Shown in pieces: positions 28,889 to 37,611 of a stretch of DNA of 64,000 bases. Numbering within the stretch: position 1 is the first letter of the stretch; every line of letters begins with the position of its first letter. The position numbers and the translations under genes are program-made. This DNA comes from an uncultured Candidatus Saccharibacteria bacterium (GTDB taxonomy: Bacteria; Patescibacteriota; Minisyncoccia; Phycocordibacterales; SBAW01), in the NCBI GenBank assembly GCA_964650645.1, contig CAZYUH010000001.1, positions 15,373 to 79,372 of the forward strand. The letters run 5' to 3'. The notes beneath the pieces were generated by a model. The model ran no database searches. It was not told where the DNA came from and saw only the letters and a list, made by a program, of their open reading frames with translations.

Positions 28889-29616
28889 CATTTTGCGAGT
28901 AGTTCATCTTCGATAAACTTCGCTATATCTTGCGCTGCATAGTCGCACCATTCGGGTGCGATCTCATATTCTTCATCGGTGTGCAAATCCACGAAACCGG
29001 ATTCACTCAAACCATTACCAACAAGCACCGTACAGAATCCCACCTCCTTGGCAGTCTTCAAGCTGGAAGGGATATCGTCAAACATCCAAATATCCTCCGG
29101 CGGGACATCGAGCCGTTTGATTGTGGCGGCATACACTTCCCGGTGCGGTTTACGGATAAAATTGTTATCTTCGACCGTAAACACGTTGGCAATGTGATCC
29201 TGTAGTCCCAAATGAGAGAGCCCTCGAAGCACGAAAGAGCGATTCGAGTTCGAAAAGACATAGAGTGGCACCCTGCGCGCCAGATGCTCAAGAGCTCTTC
29301 GAAGATTCGGTTTCGGAAACATCATACTAACATCGAGGCTGCCGTAGAGTTCTTCGTAAAACTCAAAAGGATCAACTTTGTGATGTTCCTGCAAGCCAAG
29401 GATGCTTGAGCGGTATTCCGTGCGATACTGGTGCAAAAGCTTTTGAACATCCTTTTCAGGGAGATTCAGCCTTTTCTGCGCGCACATGCGAAATCGCTGT
29501 TTAATCTGACTCTCGATACCAGCACTCGACGGATACAGCGTTCCGTCAAAGTCAAAAATGATTATCTTTGCTTCCCGCTTCAACCTTGACCACTCTTCAG
29601 GTATATTGCCGCTCAT
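28888..29616 (-). CDS. HAD hydrolase, pyrimidine 5'-nucleotidase-like
   Basis: FDFDGTLYP, FSN, KP, FDD...L..AK..G..TVLVG. Confidence 0.85.
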   Translation of the reverse strand: MSGNIPEEWSRLKREAKIIIFDFDGTLYPSSAGIESQIKQRFRMCAQKRLNLPEKDVQKLLHQYRTEYRSSILGLQEHHKVDPFEFYEELYGSLDVSMMFPKPNLRRALEHLARRVPLYVFSNSNRSFVLRGLSHLGLQDHIANVFTVEDNNFIRKPHREVYAATIKRLDVPPEDIWMFDDIPSSLKTAKEVGFCTVLVGNGLSESGFVDLHTDEEYEIAPEWCDYAAQDIAKFIEDELLAK

Positions 29617-29828
29617 TTTCTAACCTCGTCTTTTCAGTTTCGGGTTATCAAAAAACATCTTTTACTGTAAAATATTCTACCCTGATTTTCATAATAAGCA
29701 ATGCGCGTCTAAAAGCACCTGCCGCACACCCCTTCCACATCCTCCAATATCCGCAATATTGTAAACGAACCTCTAACCACACAAAGACAAAAGAAGAAAA
29801 AGCGCCGGCCCTTGGGCCGGCGCTGCTT

Positions 29829-31013
29829 TTACCCGGGTACGAGGTCCCCGTTTATCTGCTTTACGACCTCCAGGACCGACTCGGCGTCGGTCTTGCCGCC
29901 CTTCACCGCCTCGTCGGCGATGATGACGACGCGGGGGTGGGTCATGCCGAACATGTAGAACAGGTACCACCCCTTGCGCCCCTCAACGGGCACGAGCCTG
30001 CGCACTATGGCCGCAAGCGACTGCCCCGCGAAGTCCTGCCCCCTTTTGCTCCCCACCAGGTAGTCGGTAAGCACCGACCCGCCCGCGAGTATGAAGAACC
30101 CGCGGTTGCCGCCGAAAAGGCCGGCGCGCAGGTCGGGCATACGGTCGCCCGCCGAGAGTGTCGTAAACTCCTCGGTCGGAATGCCGGTCGCATGCGCCAC
30201 GCGCCGGAGCACGTGGTTGAACGCCCCCTCCTTGGTAAGCCGCTTATGCGGCACCAGGTAGAGCTGGTAGCGGCCCTTAACCGGATTACTCTCGTCAATG
30301 AACTCGATAGAGCGGGCAATCCGGGCAAGCGACGCCTCCTTCGTGCAGGCGCGGTAGCGGCGTATCCGCTCGCGCACCAGCTTCTTCCACTCGCACCCGT
30401 CTACGCCGGGCTTGGCGGTTATCTCGAAGCGGCATTCGACCTCCTGGACGTCAGCGAGGCCGTTCTTGTAATTGTCGGGTTCCTCAAGATGCGAGAAGCC
30501 GCCGCGTATCAGATTGTCCGCATCCACGTACTCGAGCAGGAGCCGGACGGAGCGCTTCCAATGCTCCCGCTCCACTTCGTAGCGAGCATAGTACTCCTTG
30601 TCCGGGTAATACGCGCCGTTGCGCCGTATCCATATCCCTTCCCCGATGCTGTGTATCGCATCAGGGTCGGCCAGATGGGCGTATTTGCGCATGGTAGAGA
30701 GCGGCCGGCACACGCGCCTGCCGTTCTCCGTAGAGCATTTCGGCTCGAGCCGGGAAAACCCGGCCTTCCGCGACGCGGCGAGCGCGCCCTCGCTCATGCA
30801 GAGCTCGGGCGTGCGCGCCGTTGTCAGGACGTATCCGCCGTGCGTCTCAAGAATCTCCCGTATTTCGCGCCGGGCCCCAAGCTCCGCATCGGACGGGTAG
30901 TCCGAATACGAGGAAAGAGTCCCGTCTATATCCAGCAAAGAAATAAGCCTGCTCCTTCCCGCTTTTTCCGCAAGATCAGTATGAGCGTATGCACATTCGC
31001 CTCGTGCAAGCAT
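29829..31013 (-). CDS. HAD superfamily (IIB, sucrose-phosphatase-like) protein
   Basis: LLDIDGTL, TTART, TKEGA, AGDRMPDL; start uncertain. Confidence 0.65.
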   Translation of the reverse strand: MLARGECAYAHTDLAEKAGRSRLISLLDIDGTLSSYSDYPSDAELGARREIREILETHGGYVLTTARTPELCMSEGALAASRKAGFSRLEPKCSTENGRRVCRPLSTMRKYAHLADPDAIHSIGEGIWIRRNGAYYPDKEYYARYEVEREHWKRSVRLLLEYVDADNLIRGGFSHLEEPDNYKNGLADVQEVECRFEITAKPGVDGCEWKKLVRERIRRYRACTKEASLARIARSIEFIDESNPVKGRYQLYLVPHKRLTKEGAFNHVLRRVAHATGIPTEEFTTLSAGDRMPDLRAGLFGGNRGFFILAGGSVLTDYLVGSKRGQDFAGQSLAAIVRRLVPVEGRKGWYLFYMFGMTHPRVVIIADEAVKGGKTDAESVLEVVKQINGDLVPG

Positions 31014-31155
31014 CCTTAGTTCCCCCGTAAGGTACGTGCAGCCCCCATAGGCTGCCCCACAGGCGAGCCTACACCCGAATGCCTGATAAATCCATGAAGA
31101 CGCCAGGCACCCGATACGCCATTGAAATCCGCGCTTTTTGCCGTATTCTTGCGCT

Positions 31156-32235
31156 ATGCGCCTGCTTGCGATAGAAACCTCCTGCGACGAGACCGGCATC
31201 GCCCTTTTGGAAGGCCGGAATGCGGGCGACACGCTCGAAATCACGACCGTTAAAGCGGCTCTTTTGTCGCAGGCGAACCTGCACGCCGAATACGGCGGCG
31301 TATTCCCCACGCTCGCCAAGCGCGAGCACACAAAGAACCTGCCAGCGCTGTTTGAAGGGTTCAAGGGCGAGCGGTTCGACGCCGTCGCCGTAACGCACGG
31401 CCCCGGGCTTGAGCCCGCGCTCTGGACCGGCATCGAGTTCGCGAAAGCGCTCGCAAAGGAGCGCGGCGTGCCGCTCCTGCCCGTCAACCATATGGAGGGG
31501 CACATCATATCCTCGCTTGCGGAGCGCACCGGCGACGTCGCGCGCATGCGCGGCGTGCAGTTCCCGGTGCTTGCCCTGCTTGTCTCGGGCGGCCACACCG
31601 AGTTCGCGCTCAGCCGCGCGTGGTTTGAGTACGAGCTGCTGGGCCGCACGCTCGATGACGCCGTGGGCGAGGCGTTCGACAAGGTGGCGCGCATGCTCAA
31701 CCTGCCGTACCCGGGCGGGCCCGAGATATCGAAGCTTGCCGCAACCGCCCGCCAGAGTGGAGTGATATATCAATCCACTGCGCCAAAACTGCCGCGCCCG
31801 ATGCTTCATACCGACTCCTGCGACGTCTCGTTCTCGGGGCTCAAGACCGCCGTGCTGTACGCCCTGCGCGATTTGGGCGGCATCCAAGCGCTTTCAGGCG
31901 AGCAGGCGGCGGCGGTCGCCGCCGAGTTCGAGGACGCGGTCGCCGAGGTGCTGGTGGCCAAGTCGCGCCGCGCATTGAATGAGTCAGGCGCGAAGACGTT
32001 CGTCATCGGCGGCGGCGTGGCGGCCAACCGCTACCTGCGCGAAGAATTGCAGAAAATGGTCCTCGACGAGTTCCCCGACGTCGACTTCAGGCTCCCGCAC
32101 CTCTCCATTACCGGCGACAACGCGGTCATGATCGGCGAAGCAGCCATGGCGCACCTTCTTTTAAACGATTGGCAGCTCGATTCATCAAGGTTCAACCTTG
32201 ATATTAAGGCGCAAGGCAGCCTTTCTCTTGCCTAA
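31156..32235 (+). CDS. tsaD: tRNA N6-threonylcarbamoyltransferase TsaD
   Basis: IETSCDET, NHMEGH, LVSGGHT, DDAVGEAFDK, SFSGLKT, DNA.MI. Confidence 0.96.
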   Translation: MRLLAIETSCDETGIALLEGRNAGDTLEITTVKAALLSQANLHAEYGGVFPTLAKREHTKNLPALFEGFKGERFDAVAVTHGPGLEPALWTGIEFAKALAKERGVPLLPVNHMEGHIISSLAERTGDVARMRGVQFPVLALLVSGGHTEFALSRAWFEYELLGRTLDDAVGEAFDKVARMLNLPYPGGPEISKLAATARQSGVIYQSTAPKLPRPMLHTDSCDVSFSGLKTAVLYALRDLGGIQALSGEQAAAVAAEFEDAVAEVLVAKSRRALNESGAKTFVIGGGVAANRYLREELQKMVLDEFPDVDFRLPHLSITGDNAVMIGEAAMAHLLLNDWQLDSSRFNLDIKAQGSLSLA

Positions 32236-32258
32236 AAAGTGTTGTAAAGTAAGGCCGT

Positions 32259-34415
32259 ATGGCAGTGCCGGACAAATTCTTAAAGCCCTACGACGCGCAG
32301 GGCGCCGAGGATTCCATATATAAGGAATGGGAGGAATCGGGCTACTTCAACCCCGACAACCTTCCCCCCGTAGACGGCCACGAGCGCACCGAGCCGTTTT
32401 CAATCGTCCTGCCGCCGCCCAACGTTACCGGCACGCTCCACCTAGGCCACGCCTCGATGCTCGCCATAGAGGATATCCTGGTGCGCTTCAAGCGCATGCA
32501 GGGCTACAAGGCGCTCTGGCTGCCCGGCACCGACTCGGCCGCGATAGCCACGCAGAGCAAGGTCGAGAAGGAAGTGCAGAAAGCCGAGGGCAAATCGCGC
32601 CACGACCTGGGCCGCGAAGAGCTGTTAAAGCGCATTGACGCTTTCGCGAAAGGGAGCGAGAGCACCATCATCAATCAGGTAAAGCGCATGGGCTCGAGCC
32701 TCGACTGGAGCCGCTACGCCTACACGCTCGACGAGAAGCGCTACGCCGCGGTCATGGAGGCGTTTTGCGCCATGCACGAAGCGGGGCTCATCTACCGCGG
32801 CACGCGCATCGTCAACTGGGACCCGAAGGGCCAGACGACCATTTCAGACGACGAGATAGTGCACGAGGAGCGCACCGCGAAGCTCGTCACGTTCAAGTAC
32901 TCGAAGGACTTCCCCATCCCGGTGGCGACGACGCGCCTTGAGACGAAAGTCGGCGACGTCGCGGTCGCGGTGCACCCCGACGACGCGCGCTACAAGGAGT
33001 TCGTGGGGCGCGAGTACGACGCGGTCTTCTGCGGCGTGCCCGTGCATATACAGGTCGTTGCCGACAAGGATGTGGACCCGGCATTCGGCACGGGCGCCTT
33101 GGGCGTCACCCCGGCTCACTCCGCGGCCGACTGGGACATAGCCGAGCGCCACGGCATTGCGCGCAGGCCGCAGGTTATAAACGAGTACGCCAAGATGACC
33201 GTCGAGGGGCCGCTCAATGGGAAGAAGGTCTTGGAGGCGCGCGCGACAGTGCTCGAGTGGCTCAAGGCCGAGGGGCTTTTTATAGAGGAGAAAGACGTCC
33301 AGCAGAACGTCTCGACCGCCGAGCGCACCGGCGGCATTATCGAGCCCCTGCCCAAGCTCCAGTGGTTCATCGACGTCAACGCACCCGTAGCCGCGCGCGG
33401 CGGCCGCTCGCTCAAGGAGATAATGCGCGGCGCGGTGTCCTCGGGCGACATAGCCATCACGCCCGCGCATTTCGAGAAGATATACATGCACTGGATAGAC
33501 AATCTGCGCGACTGGTGCATCTCGCGCCAAATCTGGTTCGGGCACCGCATCCCCGTCTGGTACAAGGACGGCGAGATGAAAGTGCAGGCGCAAAGCCCCG
33601 GCGAAGGGTGGGAGCAGGACCCGGACACGCTCGACACATGGTTTTCTTCCGGACTCTGGACGTTTTCCACGCTCGGCTGGCCCGAAGAAACCGCCGACCT
33701 CAAGACGTACCACCCCACCTCGGTCCTGGAGACCGGGTACGACATACTCTTCTTCTGGGTGGCGCGCATGGTGCTTATGAGCGGATTCTTCTTGGGCGAT
33801 GTTCCCTTCAAGAACGTGTACCTCCACGGGCTGGTGCGCGACGGCCAGGGGCGCAAGATGTCCAAGAGCCTCGGCAACATCATCGACCCCTTGGACATGA
33901 TAGCCAAGTACGGCGCCGACGCGGTGCGGCTTTCGCTCATTATGGGCGCGGCGCCCGGCAACGACATACGCCTCGACGAGAACCGCATCCGCGGCTACAA
34001 GAACTTCGCCAACAAGGTGTGGAACATCGCGCGCTTCGTGCTTGAGAGCGCAGAGGCCGCAGGCGCCGACACCAACTCATCCATTGCGCCCGAGGACGAG
34101 CATGTTGTAACAGAGGCGCGCACGGCCGCAGCGGCGGTTGCCAAGCACATAAACAGCTTCAGGCTCGACTTGGCCGCCGACGCCGCCTACCAGTTCATCT
34201 GGAGCCGCTTCGCCGACCAGATACTCGAAGAGAGCAAGCCTCTCATAAAAGGCGCCGATTCCGCGCGCGCCGCATCGCGCGCGCAGGCGCTCCTCCAGGC
34301 GCTCGGCATCATCCTCAAGACGCTCCACCCGTTCATGCCGTTCGTCACCGAGGAAATCTGGAAAGACATGCCCGGCCGCCGCGGCCTCCTCATGGTCGAG
34401 CAGTGGCCCGCATAG
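32259..34415 (+). CDS. valS: Valine--tRNA ligase (no C-terminal coiled coil)
   Basis: PPPNVTGTLHLGH, WCISRQIWFGH, KMSKSLGN. Confidence 0.96.
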   Translation: MAVPDKFLKPYDAQGAEDSIYKEWEESGYFNPDNLPPVDGHERTEPFSIVLPPPNVTGTLHLGHASMLAIEDILVRFKRMQGYKALWLPGTDSAAIATQSKVEKEVQKAEGKSRHDLGREELLKRIDAFAKGSESTIINQVKRMGSSLDWSRYAYTLDEKRYAAVMEAFCAMHEAGLIYRGTRIVNWDPKGQTTISDDEIVHEERTAKLVTFKYSKDFPIPVATTRLETKVGDVAVAVHPDDARYKEFVGREYDAVFCGVPVHIQVVADKDVDPAFGTGALGVTPAHSAADWDIAERHGIARRPQVINEYAKMTVEGPLNGKKVLEARATVLEWLKAEGLFIEEKDVQQNVSTAERTGGIIEPLPKLQWFIDVNAPVAARGGRSLKEIMRGAVSSGDIAITPAHFEKIYMHWIDNLRDWCISRQIWFGHRIPVWYKDGEMKVQAQSPGEGWEQDPDTLDTWFSSGLWTFSTLGWPEETADLKTYHPTSVLETGYDILFFWVARMVLMSGFFLGDVPFKNVYLHGLVRDGQGRKMSKSLGNIIDPLDMIAKYGADAVRLSLIMGAAPGNDIRLDENRIRGYKNFANKVWNIARFVLESAEAAGADTNSSIAPEDEHVVTEARTAAAAVAKHINSFRLDLAADAAYQFIWSRFADQILEESKPLIKGADSARAASRAQALLQALGIILKTLHPFMPFVTEEIWKDMPGRRGLLMVEQWPA

Positions 34416-34463
34416 GCGGTTCTGCACAGGCCCTTGGCGCGCGGCGCGTGCTACAATCTCGGC

Positions 34464-35150
34464 ATGTCCGGAGCGGTCTTTCTCATCGCGGCACTGGGAG
34501 GCCTGCTCCCGGCGCTCTTGTGGCTCGCCTTCTGGCTCATGGAAGACCGTTGCGAGCCGGAGCCTAAGCGCTACCTGTTCTTCTGCTTTTTGGCGGGCAT
34601 GGCGGCCGTGCCGCTCGTCCTGCCGCTTGAAACGGCCGCCGACATCTACCTGGACGGCTCCCAGCTCCTGCTCGCATGGGCCGTCATAGAGGAGCTTCTG
34701 AAGTTCGGCGCGGCCTACCTGGCGGCGTTGCGCTTCCGCGTGTTCGACGAGCCGCTCGACGGCGTTATTTACCTTGTCACGGCGGCGCTCGGCTTCTCGG
34801 CGCTCGAGAACGCGCTTTTCCTTGTAGACCCGGCGAGCGCGGGCGACGCCCTGCGCATGCTGGTCATGGGCGACCTGCGCTTTATCGGCGCGTCGCTCCT
34901 GCACGTCCTCGCGTCGGCCACCATCGGCATCAGCCTCGCGCTCTCGTTCCACCAGAGCGCCGCCAAGCGGCGCCTTGCGGCCGCGATAGGAGTTATCCTC
35001 GCCGTTTCATTGCATGCGCTCTTCAATTTACTTATACTTACTAGCGGCAGCGGGAAAATATTTCTCGTCTTCCTCGCTCTCTGGCTCGGCATCGTGGCCC
35101 TTCTTTTCGCGATTGAACAGGTCAAGCAGCCGGCGCGGGACTACTGTTAA
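34464..35150 (+). CDS. PrsW family intramembrane metalloprotease
   Basis: EELLK, GFSALEN, HVLAS, HALFN. Confidence 0.9.
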   Translation: MSGAVFLIAALGGLLPALLWLAFWLMEDRCEPEPKRYLFFCFLAGMAAVPLVLPLETAADIYLDGSQLLLAWAVIEELLKFGAAYLAALRFRVFDEPLDGVIYLVTAALGFSALENALFLVDPASAGDALRMLVMGDLRFIGASLLHVLASATIGISLALSFHQSAAKRRLAAAIGVILAVSLHALFNLLILTSGSGKIFLVFLALWLGIVALLFAIEQVKQPARDYC

Positions 35151-35177
35151 TCGCTAATACGCATCCAAGCATCATTT

Positions 35178-35693
35178 ATGGCACGAGACAGGCGATCCTT
35201 GTTCGAGTGGCTCACGGGAAGCCAGGGCGAAAGCGACTATTCCTTCGACGAGCTCGAGCAGGGCGGCTCCTCGTACTCCCCCGTGACCGTGCGCGCGAAC
35301 AAGCACGTGCCCATACACCACGCGGAACAGCCCGCCTTCATGGCGGAGCCCCAGGAGGAGCCCGCCGGCGAGCTCGCGGTGGACGTCTATCAGACTCCCA
35401 CCCATATAATCATCAAGGCCATGATAGCCGGCGTGAAGCCAGACGATTTGGACGTGTCCATTACCCGCGACATGGTGACCATCCGCGGCAAGCGCGAACG
35501 CCACACCGAGGGCAATGCGGGCGACTTCTTCTTCCAGGAGCTGTACTGGGGCGCGTTCAGCCGCACCATCGTCCTGCCGCAGGAGGTTGAGATTGAGGAG
35601 GCCGAGGCTTCCGAGAAGCACGGCCTGCTTACCGTGCGCCTCCCCAAGCTCGACAAGGGCCGCCAAGCCAAGCTCAAGGTCAAATCGAACTAA
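35178..35693 (+). CDS. Hsp20/alpha-crystallin family protein
   Basis: VDVYQT, AGVKP.DL.VS, FSRTI.LP, GLLTVRLPK. Confidence 0.92.
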   Translation: MARDRRSLFEWLTGSQGESDYSFDELEQGGSSYSPVTVRANKHVPIHHAEQPAFMAEPQEEPAGELAVDVYQTPTHIIIKAMIAGVKPDDLDVSITRDMVTIRGKRERHTEGNAGDFFFQELYWGAFSRTIVLPQEVEIEEAEASEKHGLLTVRLPKLDKGRQAKLKVKSN

Positions 35694-35769
35694 GGAGAAT
35701 CCCGCCGGAAGGCGGGATTCTCAATCCCTTTATGCTCCCCTGCCACGGCTGGGCGGTTTTTTTGCTTTC

Positions 35770-35902
35770 TTGATCACAACTCAAGATTTGCCGTCGCAAA
35801 TCTTGGTCGCGATCCCGGCTCGCGGTTTTGCCATTGCAAAACATCGCTCCGCCTCACAAGATCGCAGAAAACCCGCCACATGGCGGGTTTTCTGTCTCCT
35901 TG
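35770..35902 (-). repeat. tRNA-trailing structured element, full unit
   Basis: GGCGGAGCGATGTTTTGC..GCAAAACCGCGAGCCGGGATCGCGA..GACG..TTGTGATC on minus strand. Confidence 0.75.
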
Positions 35903-35975
35903 TGCTTGGGGCCGGGCTCGAACCGGCGACATCTTCCTCTTCAGGGAAGCGCTCTACCAACTGAGCTACCCAAGC
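35903..35975 (-). tRNA. tRNA-Phe(GAA)
   Basis: GCTTGGG...CTTCC-CT-GAA-GA-GGAAG...GTTCGAGCC; no encoded CCA. Confidence 0.95.
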
Positions 35976-36018
35976 AATGAGGCCAGTTTAGCAAAATACG
36001 GGGCTTTAAGCCACTCCC

Positions 36019-36309
36019 CTACGGCCTCGTCGAAGTCCCGAAATACTGCCCGAAGAAGCCGCTTACCTGCTGCTGGAAGTCCTGCGCCGAGCCGTAGGCG
36101 TCCGCAACCTGCCTGACATACGGCTGGACGTACGTGTAGTAGGAATAGGCCGACACGCCGAGCACGAGGAGCCACCACACGACGCTCGCAAGGGTGTGCA
36201 TGCGCTGGCTGCGGCGCATGGAGCGCACCATCTTGTTGGTGTCGGCATTAAGGGCGGCCTGGCGCCTCACCAGCTCCTTGAGCTCCTGCATGTCCAGATC
36301 GTTCTCCAT
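36019..36309 (-). CDS. Hypothetical membrane protein
   Basis: 96 aa, coiled N-terminus plus one TM helix. Confidence 0.7.
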   Translation of the reverse strand: MENDLDMQELKELVRRQAALNADTNKMVRSMRRSQRMHTLASVVWWLLVLGVSAYSYYTYVQPYVRQVADAYGSAQDFQQQVSGFFGQYFGTSTRP

Positions 36310-36332
36310 AAGCGTATGCTACCACGGCCGCG

Positions 36333-36485
36333 CTAGAGCCCCAGGAGCGCCGCGGCGGCCTGCGCCTTCTGCATGTAAAACCCGTGGATGCCGCTCCAGT
36401 ACCACCCGGTAGCCGCAAGCGCGAGGCACAGCCCCAGCGTAAGGTGCCACAAGGGCGCTTTCTTGCGTTTTTGAGTCTTCTTCAT
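36333..36485 (-). CDS. Small membrane protein (50 aa, below ORF-track cut-off)
   Basis: MKKTQKRKKAPLWHLTLGLCLALAATGWYWSG...; TATACT 6 nt before ATG. Confidence 0.6.
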   Translation of the reverse strand: MKKTQKRKKAPLWHLTLGLCLALAATGWYWSGIHGFYMQKAQAAAALLGL

Positions 36486-36509
36486 GTACCAAGTATACTA
36501 CCCAAGTGC

Positions 36510-36581
36510 GCCCTCGTAGCTCAATGGATAGAGCTACTCCGTCCTAAGGAGAAGATGTGGGTTCGATTCCTGCCGAGGGCA
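36510..36581 (+). tRNA. tRNA-Arg(CCT)
   Basis: GCCCTCG-TAGCTCAATGGATAGAGC...CTCC-GT-CCT-AA-GGAG...GTTCGATTC. Confidence 0.88.
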
Positions 36582-36668
36582 CAAGATAGGAAAAGCAAAC
36601 TGCTTTGCTTTTTCGCGTACTTGTGCCGGGCGGAGCGTTGGCGTGCACTTGCACGGCCCGCGACCGCC
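36582..36668 (+). repeat. tRNA-trailing structured element, partial unit
   Basis: AAAAGCAAA/TTTGCTTTT hairpin plus GGAGCGTTG..GTGCACTTGCAC; similar to 26413-26500. Confidence 0.7.
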
Positions 36669-36672
36669 ACAC

Positions 36673-36912
36673 CTACGCCTCGACCCCGAGCTTTGCCGCC
36701 ACCTTTGCGCGGTCGAAGCCGACCATGAGCTCGTCGCCTATCTGGATGACCGGCACGCCCAGCTGGCCGGTGAGCTGTATCATCTCCTCGCGCTTGGCTG
36801 CATCAGTAGAGACGTCGTAGCCGGTGTACTGCACGTTCTTCTCAGCAAAGAATTCCTTGGCCATCGTGCAGAAATGGCAGGTCGGGGTGGTGTAGATGGT
36901 TACGTTTTTCAT
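36673..36912 (-). CDS. Glutaredoxin-like protein (NrdH/YruB family)
   Basis: YTTPTCHFC, GQLGVPVI, GFD. Confidence 0.92.
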   Translation of the reverse strand: MKNVTIYTTPTCHFCTMAKEFFAEKNVQYTGYDVSTDAAKREEMIQLTGQLGVPVIQIGDELMVGFDRAKVAAKLGVEA

Positions 36913-36948
36913 AAATGTAGTATATCATCCTAACTGTCAGGTCAACAA

Positions 36949-37019
36949 GCGGGATTAGTTCAGTGGCAGAACGAGTGCTTCCCAAGCATTAGGCGCGAGT
37001 CCGATTCTCGCATCCCGCA
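36949..37019 (+). tRNA. tRNA-Gly(CCC)
   Basis: GCGGGAT...AGTGC-TT-CCC-AA-GCATT...GTCCGATTC...ATCCCGCA. Confidence 0.88.
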
Positions 37020-37023
37020 CCCT

Positions 37024-37416
37024 TTACCACACGAAGAGCGCCCGGAATATCTTTTGGAATATGTTGGGCTCCTTGGGAGCGCTCGGCGTCGTGGACGCCT
37101 CGCGCCGTATGATGTCAATCTGCCCCTCCCCGGGGCGGGCCACGCCGTAGCGCTCGCGCACGCCCGCCTCTATCCCCCGGCTTGAAACAAGGGCCGCAGC
37201 CGAGGCGCCGACCTGGCTCACCTGGCTTTTCAGGGCCTCCAGCTCGGCCTGCGCGGCCGCGTCGGCCTCGCTGGCGGCGGCGAACTTCCCGTACATGCCC
37301 CACGCGCCCTTTGCCGCGAAGAACGCCACCACCGCCAGCAAGAGCACGCCCAGGACGCCGAGCCCCACCCGGGTAATGTCCTGCCGCCCCGCCCGCCTGC
37401 GCCGGTAATCCCGCAT
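37024..37416 (-). CDS. Septum formation initiator (FtsB/DivIC-like)
   Basis: TM plus coiled coil, G.E...RERYG.ARPGE. Confidence 0.7.
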   Translation of the reverse strand: MRDYRRRRAGRQDITRVGLGVLGVLLLAVVAFFAAKGAWGMYGKFAAASEADAAAQAELEALKSQVSQVGASAAALVSSRGIEAGVRERYGVARPGEGQIDIIRREASTTPSAPKEPNIFQKIFRALFVW

Positions 37417-37476
37417 ACCCCCATTGTAGCGCGGTTTCCGCTTCAACTTTCGCCCGAAATGCCCTACAATACGGGC

Positions 37477-37581
37477 ATGTACGGAAAACACCACAACAAG
37501 GTCGTCAAAGTAGGCACCTACGTGCTCGCGAGCGTCGTCATCCTCTCGATGGTCGTCTCGTACTTTGCGGGAACCTTCTAG
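37477..37581 (+). CDS. Small membrane peptide (34 aa)
   Basis: MYGKHHNKVVKVGTYVLASVVILSMVVSYFAGTF; TACAAT 6 nt before ATG. Confidence 0.55.
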   Translation: MYGKHHNKVVKVGTYVLASVVILSMVVSYFAGTF

Positions 37582-37611
37582 CCAGGCGCTTCTCCCCGCC
37601 GTCAAGCCGGA

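Noticed and set aside
26280-29770. Classical integrative element or prophage at tRNA-Val
   Set aside because: No integrase, phage genes or duplicated tRNA 3' end found
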